Assembly (NCBI GenBank): GCA_964565715.1
Contig: CAZMGG010000003.1
Span: 64,368 to 107,595 of the forward strand
From: an uncultured candidatus Brocadiaceae bacterium
GTDB lineage: Bacteria; Planctomycetota; UBA1135; UBA2386
Length of the DNA: 43,228 nucleotides
Direction: 5' to 3'
Position 1 is the stretch's first letter, and every line of letters begins with the position of its first letter. Of this stretch, positions 18,060-24,698 are shown in pieces. A model generated the notes under the pieces. The model made no database searches. It was not told where the DNA came from and saw nothing but the letters and a program-made list of their open reading frames with translations. The translations under genes and the position numbers were made by a program.

Positions 18060-18683
18060 TTGGTCCTCGGCTGGATCATCCGGGCGCGCCGGCAGCGTCG
18101 CCCTTGGCTCGGGACAGAGGACCTGACCCAGGAGGCGCTGATCAGGATCCACGAAGGGCTACCGGGGCTGCTTTCGAGCGAAGTGGGCGGCCTGCTGCGG
18201 TGGGCCTGGCGGGTGTCAGCGAACGTCGTCGAGGATGAGTACCGTCGGACCAAGGCGCGGCGGCGGTCGCTCAGCGGACGGGATCCGGCGGACCCAGCGG
18301 ACGTGGTCGGCCGTGAGGATCCGCCAGACCAGGCGGTTGCGCGAGGCGAGGCGATCCAGTGGGTCGGCAGCCTGCTGTCGGCACTCTCGCCGCAGCACGA
18401 GCAGGTCCTGAGGCTTCGTGCCGAGGGTCGCGACTTCGACGAGGTGGCATCCGTGATGGCGCTGCCGTCGTCGAATGCGGCCGAGTGCCTGCATCGGCGA
18501 GCGATGGTGGCGTTGGATGAGGGACAGGCCCGCCGCAGGGCGAGGGGCTGTGGCGCAGCATCTTATTGCGTCCATGGGGTCGTCCGCGGCGCTGGCCGCG
18601 CCTTCCATCTTCTTCCGTGCAATCCAAAGAGGTTCCCATGCAGATCCCGGGCAGGCGGTTCTCCAACAACGACAAGATCCTGA
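18060..18683 (+). CDS. ECF-type sigma-70 factor; the start is uncertain and a canonical initiation codon for region 2.1 is missing
   Basis: Region 2.2 LTQEALIRIHEGL and region 4 LSPQHEQVLRLRAEGRDFDEVASVMALPSSNAAECLHRRAMVAL. The in-frame upstream sequence ...SAARLLDQLTPLVLGW resembles region 2.1, but no ATG or GTG follows the preceding stop; only CTG and TTG are available. Confidence 0.5.
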   Translation: MVLGWIIRARRQRRPWLGTEDLTQEALIRIHEGLPGLLSSEVGGLLRWAWRVSANVVEDEYRRTKARRRSLSGRDPADPADVVGREDPPDQAVARGEAIQWVGSLLSALSPQHEQVLRLRAEGRDFDEVASVMALPSSNAAECLHRRAMVALDEGQARRRARGCGAASYCVHGVVRGAGRAFHLLPCNPKRFPCRSRAGGSPTTTRS

Positions 18684-19009
18684 CGGATTGGGCCCCGCGC
18701 GGAGGGGACAACATGATCATCCGGGCGGACCGGGTGGCCTCCACGGCGTCGGGCAGCTGCCGGGTCACGATCCGGGTGATCACCAAGAACGCCGACGAGA
18801 GCGGCGAGGGTGTTCCGATCCACAGCAGCACCAACCCGGTGAGCTTCCAGGTGCTGAACTCGAACGACTCCCGATGTAGCATCCTTGCAAGCGGTGAGAC
18901 GCATGCTGGCACAGTGAAGGCATACTGGGCAGTCGCCATTGCCCCATCAGGAATGAAGACATTCCAGATTCGATGCAGGTGCCCTTGGATCCCCGCGGAG
19001 CCGATGTGA
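18638..19009 (+). CDS. Hypothetical small protein of 123 aa; first gene of the lower-GC cassette
   Basis: AAGAGG lies 7 nt upstream of the ATG. The stop overlaps the next gene's GTG as ATGTGA. No recognisable motifs. Confidence 0.5.
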   Translation: MQIPGRRFSNNDKILTDWAPRGGDNMIIRADRVASTASGSCRVTIRVITKNADESGEGVPIHSSTNPVSFQVLNSNDSRCSILASGETHAGTVKAYWAVAIAPSGMKTFQIRCRCPWIPAEPM

Positions 19010-19446
19010 TCACCAATCGAACATCCAGGATCGGACTTCTCGTCCTGGTGGCCTTGTTGCCGGTGATCGCATTCATCTGGTGCGGACGCCAGAGATCGGA
19101 CACTTGTGGGACGGTAAGCCCATGTCAGGAGTATGGACAAGCCCTGTTCGGCGCGAGCGCAGCCGTTGGAAGCATCATTCCGTTTATTGGAGCCAACCAT
19201 CAGGCTGTGCCTTCCGAATGGCTGGCCTGTGATGGTCGGGAGGTCGAGTCGCAGGATCATCCGGAACTAGCTACGCTGCTCGGTTCTGGGCAGGCCGGGG
19301 CATTCAGACTGCCGGATTTTCGTGGGATCTCGGCCATGAGGTTGAAGGGATATGACGGTCCAGCGAGCATGGCGTTGACGCAGCGCATCCCCGAGGAGAG
19401 CCCCGTAGTTGCTGTTCCTGTTGTTTGGTTCGTCAAGGCACGCTGA
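19006..19446 (+). CDS. Membrane-anchored phage tail-collar domain protein
   Basis: N-terminal TM helix IGLLVLVALLPVIAFIW. The stretch SIIPFIGANHQAVPSEWLACDGREVESQDHPELATLLGSGQAGAFRLPDFRG matches the tail-collar consensus (I..F.G...P.GWL.CDG........LF.LLG.......F.LPDLRG). Confidence 0.65.
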   Translation: MITNRTSRIGLLVLVALLPVIAFIWCGRQRSDTCGTVSPCQEYGQALFGASAAVGSIIPFIGANHQAVPSEWLACDGREVESQDHPELATLLGSGQAGAFRLPDFRGISAMRLKGYDGPASMALTQRIPEESPVVAVPVVWFVKAR

Positions 19447-19568
19447 TGGTGCGGGCGCACGTTGCTACACGAAGCGCGTGGATTCCCTGGATTTCCCGGG
19501 CATCATGGCAAGGCCTTTGTGCGTCCCCACGGACCAGCACTTGCTCGCTTGCAGGGTCACGGAGCGCC

Positions 19569-19775
19569 ATGGGCTGTTCTGCCGGACATGACAGCGGGTC
19601 CGTAGCTGGGGACTGGACCATTCCCGACGAAGGCATGGGCCAGATCTGGGACCGCAGGATGGCGCCGGACAAGGGCCACGGCAGTGAGGGCGGCTCCGGC
19701 GGAAAGGCCGGCTGTGGTTGCTCTGCCGGCGGCTCCTGCGGATGCAGGGGCGGATGCAGCGGCGGGACCCCCTGA
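19569..19775 (+). CDS. Gly/Ser/Cys-rich small peptide, 68 aa from Met 19569; alternative starts at 19635 or 19659 give 46 or 38 aa. Putative RiPP/bacteriocin-like precursor or metal-binding peptide
   Basis: C-terminal core GGSGGKAGCGCSAGGSCGCRGGCSGGTP. GGAG lies 4 nt upstream of the 19569 ATG. The stop overlaps the next gene's ATG as TGATG. This is the only long open frame in the 210-nt gap. Confidence 0.45.
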   Translation: MGCSAGHDSGSVAGDWTIPDEGMGQIWDRRMAPDKGHGSEGGSGGKAGCGCSAGGSCGCRGGCSGGTP

Positions 19776-20506
19776 TGTCGGTGAAGTCCGGGAGCAATAC
19801 GAGAGAAGCGCCAGCGGGGCGTGTGGGGACCGCTCGATCTGCCTGGCTGGGTTGGAGGCGGCGTCGTGAATCTATTGCAGTATGGCTGGCCGTCGGAGCA
19901 ATGGCAGCGTACATCCTTCTGCTTGCCGTCAGTGTCACGACGGCGTTGATGCTGGCGGTGCTTATGGGGGTCGTTGCCTATTGTGGACTACGGTGCCCTC
20001 GCGGAAGCAGGGTATCGGCCAAGGCGAAGAGTCTGGTGGTGGGGGCCTGTCTGGGATTCACGGTGACATGGGGTGGCGTCCTTGCGGGGAGCACGTGCTA
20101 TCGCGAACTGTCGCCCGAGGCTCAGTTGGAGTGGGATCAGGCCTATCTTGAACACCATGATCCTCATGAGGTCTGGCGCACTGCTGTCGTGGCAGGTTGG
20201 CCGGTGTGCGGAGTGGAAGGTCACGACGACTTCTACTGGATACGACGATCCTGGCGGGAGCAAGGGATGGGAGAGCGGCCCATAATTGTCAGTCAAGCGA
20301 CGCAGCCCTGGCGCGTGCCGCCATCTAAAGGCGTATGGGTGCTGTGGATCAACTTCGCGATCCTGACATGGTGTGGATGGGGGCTGGCCATCCTCATGCC
20401 GGGCAGATGGGTGACTCTGGCGCTGCCGTGGTGTGCCGCGGCTGCTGCCGTTGCGGTGGTATGGTCCGTGTATTGGCTGTGGAGGAATGCACTCGGTAAT
20501 GTCTAG
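19775..20506 (+). CDS. Four-TM membrane protein A, a putative immunity/transport protein of the cassette
   Basis: MSVKSG... start is coupled to the peptide stop. Two N-terminal and two C-terminal TM helices flank a Trp-rich central domain, VVAGWPVCGVEGHDDFYW. Confidence 0.55.
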   Translation: MSVKSGSNTREAPAGRVGTARSAWLGWRRRRESIAVWLAVGAMAAYILLLAVSVTTALMLAVLMGVVAYCGLRCPRGSRVSAKAKSLVVGACLGFTVTWGGVLAGSTCYRELSPEAQLEWDQAYLEHHDPHEVWRTAVVAGWPVCGVEGHDDFYWIRRSWREQGMGERPIIVSQATQPWRVPPSKGVWVLWINFAILTWCGWGLAILMPGRWVTLALPWCAAAAAVAVVWSVYWLWRNALGNV

Positions 20507-20733
20507 GCGGCAGCCGGCGTCGCCGATTGGCTGCGTGGCTGTGCAGGCCGGTCGGACCCGTAGCCGAGTGGCGGCGGGGCGTCCGACACGACCGTGCCAC
20601 CCGCCACGGACCGGAGCAGTGGCTGTTCCGGGTCTACGGTCTACGCGGGTGGCGAACTCAGGCCGGCATGAAGGTCGCCCAACCGCAACCCGGGCGACCG
20701 GAAGGCAGAGTTGCCAGCATGTGAGGTTGCACA

Positions 20734-21423
20734 ATGGATGATGTCGGGGTGCATCGGAGAGGAGTCCTGGAGCACACGGTGACGGAGCCAGGCGTGTCGA
20801 TCCGGATCCGTGCCGTGATGTGGGTATTTCTCTTCGGTTTCGCTGCTGCACTGGCGGTCATGCTGAACGCGGGGTTTCTGCTCATCATCCGCGTCGTCTC
20901 GTTGCTCCTGGTGTGGGCATGTCTGCCGTTCCTGTTGCGGCGGTGTGGGATATGGGCACTCCGAGCGTCCCTCGCGGTGGTGGTCGCATGGGGCGGGACC
21001 GGCTGCCTCCTGCACCTGACGACGGTGGCGTACAAGGACCTCAATTGGTCGCAACGGGAGGCCTGGGAGCAGACGTGGGTGGGGGCGAGTAATCGGCCGA
21101 CGTGGGTGGTGGCAGGATGGTCGATATGGGGTGTGGAGGGTCGAGACCCGGTAACCGATGCGTGGTACAGAGGCTCGATTGTCGTCGAGGGAGGATCGCG
21201 TTACCGGGACCCGTGTTGGGGGCTCTACGGCGACAAGGGCGTCGTTGCGTACGTCGCCAACTGGACCATCCTGTGGCTGATGGTCATGGTCGCGCTGGCA
21301 GTCGTTGGGCGATGGCGGGCGCCCGGGCGCGTGTCACTGGTCCGTCCCTGGTGCATCGCGTCGGCCTTGTGGGCCTTGGGCACTCATCTCGAGTTCGAGT
21401 GGTTCCGCGAGTACGGCTGGTGA
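20734..21423 (+). CDS. Four-TM membrane protein B, a paralogue of A; an alternative start is Met at 20818
   Basis: Same architecture as A, with conserved central motifs: WVVAGWSIWGVEGRDPVTDAWY against VVAGWPVCGVEGHDDFYW, and LNWSQREAWEQTW against LSPEAQLEWDQAYL. Confidence 0.55.
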   Translation: MDDVGVHRRGVLEHTVTEPGVSIRIRAVMWVFLFGFAAALAVMLNAGFLLIIRVVSLLLVWACLPFLLRRCGIWALRASLAVVVAWGGTGCLLHLTTVAYKDLNWSQREAWEQTWVGASNRPTWVVAGWSIWGVEGRDPVTDAWYRGSIVVEGGSRYRDPCWGLYGDKGVVAYVANWTILWLMVMVALAVVGRWRAPGRVSLVRPWCIASALWALGTHLEFEWFREYGW

Positions 21424-21603
21424 AGGCACCCCGTTCCCGCGATCGACCCCTGCGCCATGTACACCCCAGACCGCCCCACAGCCCCGCGCCCACCCACACC
21501 CACCCACCCATCCGCCCGGCCGGAAGTGGCGCCGCCGGCCGGTTCCCGCTCGAATGCCGGCAACCCGGCGTATCCTCGCCCTCGCCCGTATTCCCGCCCG
21601 CCC

Positions 21604-22125
21604 ATGTCGCTTGCCCCCGAGATCGCCCTCGAACGCCACCGTGAGCGCCTGCTGTCGGTGATCTACCTGCGGATGGGGCCGGACCTGCGCACCCGGATGG
21701 ATCCCGAGGATGTCCTGCAGGACGTCGCCATCGAGGCCCTCAACTCCTGGCACACCCTGTCGGACCCCGAACTGGCCGGGCCGTGGCTGGTGACCCTGGC
21801 CCGACGCAAGATCGCGCGCATCCTGCGCGATCAGGTGGGGGTGGCGGCGCGGGATCCGCGGCGGGAGCACCCGATCCAGACGGACTTCCCGGTGGCGGAC
21901 CGGCGGACCGGGCCGGTGACCACCGCCGATCGGGGCGATCGCCTGCAGCTGCTGGAGGCGGCGTTGCAGCGGCTGTCCGACGATCACCGCGAGGTCGTGC
22001 TGGGGATGAAGATCGAGGGCCAGTCGGCGAAGGAGGTGGCCGACCGGATGGGGCGCAGCGAGAACGCCATCCACCTGCTGCTCGGGCGTGCGTTGAAGCG
22101 GCTGGCGGAAGAGCTGAAGCTCTGA
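21604..22125 (+). CDS. ECF sigma-70 factor
   Basis: Region 2 DPEDVLQDVAIEALNSW and region 4 LSDDHREVVLGMKIEGQSAKEVADRMGRSENAIHLLLGRALKRL. The kinase gene starts 3 nt after its stop. Confidence 0.7.
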   Translation: MSLAPEIALERHRERLLSVIYLRMGPDLRTRMDPEDVLQDVAIEALNSWHTLSDPELAGPWLVTLARRKIARILRDQVGVAARDPRREHPIQTDFPVADRRTGPVTTADRGDRLQLLEAALQRLSDDHREVVLGMKIEGQSAKEVADRMGRSENAIHLLLGRALKRLAEELKL

Positions 22126-22127
22126 GC

Positions 22128-24698
22128 ATGACCGAGGCCCGCCCCGAGGCGCCCGAGCCGGGACCGCCGGACAGCAGCGCCGACCGCCGCATGGCGGACC
22201 TGCTGGCGGACACCAGCAGTGCCGCGGAACTGCGGCGGCGGCTGCAGGGCGACGCGACGGCGGCGCCGGATCGCGAGGATCTGCTGGCGCGGGTGAACGC
22301 GCTGGAGTTCGTCGACGCGGTGGTGGGCGGCGTCGACCTGCCCGCAGCGATCGGCGGCTACCGGATCCAGGGCCTGCTGGGCCGCGGCGGCATGGGCACG
22401 GTCTACCTGGCGTTCCAGCAGCAGCTCGAGCGGATCGTCGCGCTGAAGGTGCTGTCGCCGAACTGGTCGGCGGATCCGACCATGCGCGAGCGGTTCCGGG
22501 CGGAGGCGCGCGCGACGGCGGCGCTGCACCACCGGCACATCGTGCCGATCTACGACTTCGGCGAGGCGCAGGGCAGCCTGTACTTCGCCATGGAACGGGT
22601 GGACGGACTGAGCCTCGACCGGCACATCGCCGCGGCGCGGCGGCGTGGACAGCCGCCGATGGCGCCGCTGGAGGCGGCGCGGCGCTTCGCCGGCGTGGCC
22701 GACGCGCTGGGGCTGGCCCACCGGCGGCGGATCCTGCATCGCGACATCAAGCCCGGCAACATCCTGGTGGGCCAGGACGGCACGCTGGCGTTGACCGACT
22801 TCGGGCTGGCCAAGGTGCTGGACCGGGCGTCGCTGCGGCTGACGTCGAAGTCGGGCGGCTTCCTCGGCACGCTGCACTACAGCTCGCCGGAGCAGGCGCT
22901 GGGCCGCGAGGTGGGGCCGGCCAGCGATCTGTACGGGCTCGGCGTGACGCTGTTCGAGGCGATCACCGGCGAACTGCCGCACCGGGGGCGCACGACGGAG
23001 GCGGTGCTGCGCGAGATCCTGGAGGGCGAACCGCGGCGCCTGCGGGAGTTGCTGCCGCGGCCGCCGCGGGACCTGGAACTGGTGCTCGACAAGCTGATGG
23101 CCCGGGAGCCCGGCGACCGCTACCAGGACGGCGAGGCGCTGGCGCGCGACCTGCAGCGCATCGCCGACGGCGAGCCGGTGCACATCCGGCGGCTGCCGGT
23201 GTGGGTGCGGGCCTGGCGACGGGCGCGGAAGAATCCGCTGCTGGCCGGCGCCATGGTCACCGCCGCGGTGCTGCTGCTGGCGACGCTGGGGCTGTGGAGC
23301 GGCCTGCGCCGCGAGAAGGGCCAGGGGCTGGTGTCGCGGCACCAGAACCACCTGGTGCAGATCGCCAACGACGTGAAGCGCGAGGCCGGCGATCCGGCGG
23401 GCCCGGCGGGCCTGCTGGCGTGCCTGACGGGCACCTCGCTGCCCCAGGCGACGGAGAACACGACGCTGCTGGCGGCGATCGCCGCGGCCCAGGCCGAGGT
23501 GCCCGACGACCCGGTGCCGGCGGCGTTGCGGGCGGCGTGGCGGGAGGATCCAGCGCCCGAGGTGAGCGGGCTGCTGCGGGCGGGACGCGGCTTGGCGGCG
23601 CTGCAACGGCTGCGCGCGCCGATCGAAGGCGCGCTGGCGGAGCGGACCGGCGGCGACCTGTCGGTGGAACTGCGGCTCTACCGGCTCTACCTGCTGCGGG
23701 CGGTGGCCAACCTGACCGGCGCCGTGGGCGACCTGCCGGCGGCGCGGATGGACCTGGCCCTGGCGACGTTCCTGCGGCCCGGCGCCACGTTCCCGCGGCT
23801 GCTGGGCGAGGTGCTGGACGTGGTGACGACGCGGGCGGTGGGCACGGCGCTCCTCTCGTTCGAGCAGGAACTGGGCCGACGGAGCGTCGAGGAACGGCGG
23901 GTGGCGGGGCTGCTGCTGCGGGCCGCGGCGGCGCTGCCGCAGCCGCCGGGCGCCAATCTGCTGCCGCTGCCGCTGCCCCACCCCGACCGGCACCTGCTGG
24001 CCGCCGCCGCCGAGGCGTTGCTGGCCGGCAGCGTGCTGCCGGTGACCGCTGGCGCGCCGTCGCTGGAGGCGCAGCTGCTCGGCGCCGCCATCGAAGCCTC
24101 GCGGCACGGCGGCGACCTGCTCGCCCTGCAGGGCGCGCTGCAGCGGGGCCGCGCGCTGCTGGCCGAGGTGGCGCCCGAGGCGCCGCTGCAGTGCTGGCGG
24201 CTGGTGCTGGACCTGATCGAGCAGACGCCGAGCGCCGACACGCCGATGCTGGTTGGCGCCGACGATCCGCCGGCGCTGGTGCTGGCGGCCTGGGAGCGGT
24301 TCGCCCTGCTGGGCACCGCGCGCTTCCGGGTCGCCGCCTGGCTGCCGTCGTTCGTGCGGTTCGAGCAGGAACATGGCGACCTCACCGGGCTGCCGCGGAC
24401 GGCGGCGCTGGTGCGGCGGGCGGCGGGCCAGCTCACCGAGCCGCTGGCCCAGGCGTGGGTGGATGCGGCGCCGCGGGATCCGGACGCGCTGCTCTGCCGG
24501 CTGGAGGCGCGATTGCTGCTGCGGCGTTTCCCCCAGGCGGTCGACGACGGCATGGCGGCGGTGCAGTTCGCCGCCGACCGCGCGACGGCGGCGCGGGCGG
24601 TGGCGGCGTTGTTCGCCGCCGCCACCGAGCGGGCGATGCTCGGCGAGAAGATCTACCTGCAGCGGGTCACGGCGGTGTTCGCGGAGGCCGGCACGTGA
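22128..24698 (+). CDS. Hanks-type Ser/Thr protein kinase with a TM helix and a large C-terminal, probably periplasmic, domain
   Basis: Gly loop GRGGMGTVYLA; VAIK-like IVALKV; catalytic loop HRDIKPGNIL; DFG; SPE. TM helix LLAGAMVTAAVLLLATLGLW, followed by ~470 aa A/L-rich. Confidence 0.8.
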   Translation: MTEARPEAPEPGPPDSSADRRMADLLADTSSAAELRRRLQGDATAAPDREDLLARVNALEFVDAVVGGVDLPAAIGGYRIQGLLGRGGMGTVYLAFQQQLERIVALKVLSPNWSADPTMRERFRAEARATAALHHRHIVPIYDFGEAQGSLYFAMERVDGLSLDRHIAAARRRGQPPMAPLEAARRFAGVADALGLAHRRRILHRDIKPGNILVGQDGTLALTDFGLAKVLDRASLRLTSKSGGFLGTLHYSSPEQALGREVGPASDLYGLGVTLFEAITGELPHRGRTTEAVLREILEGEPRRLRELLPRPPRDLELVLDKLMAREPGDRYQDGEALARDLQRIADGEPVHIRRLPVWVRAWRRARKNPLLAGAMVTAAVLLLATLGLWSGLRREKGQGLVSRHQNHLVQIANDVKREAGDPAGPAGLLACLTGTSLPQATENTTLLAAIAAAQAEVPDDPVPAALRAAWREDPAPEVSGLLRAGRGLAALQRLRAPIEGALAERTGGDLSVELRLYRLYLLRAVANLTGAVGDLPAARMDLALATFLRPGATFPRLLGEVLDVVTTRAVGTALLSFEQELGRRSVEERRVAGLLLRAAAALPQPPGANLLPLPLPHPDRHLLAAAAEALLAGSVLPVTAGAPSLEAQLLGAAIEASRHGGDLLALQGALQRGRALLAEVAPEAPLQCWRLVLDLIEQTPSADTPMLVGADDPPALVLAAWERFALLGTARFRVAAWLPSFVRFEQEHGDLTGLPRTAALVRRAAGQLTEPLAQAWVDAAPRDPDALLCRLEARLLLRRFPQAVDDGMAAVQFAADRATAARAVAALFAAATERAMLGEKIYLQRVTAVFAEAGT

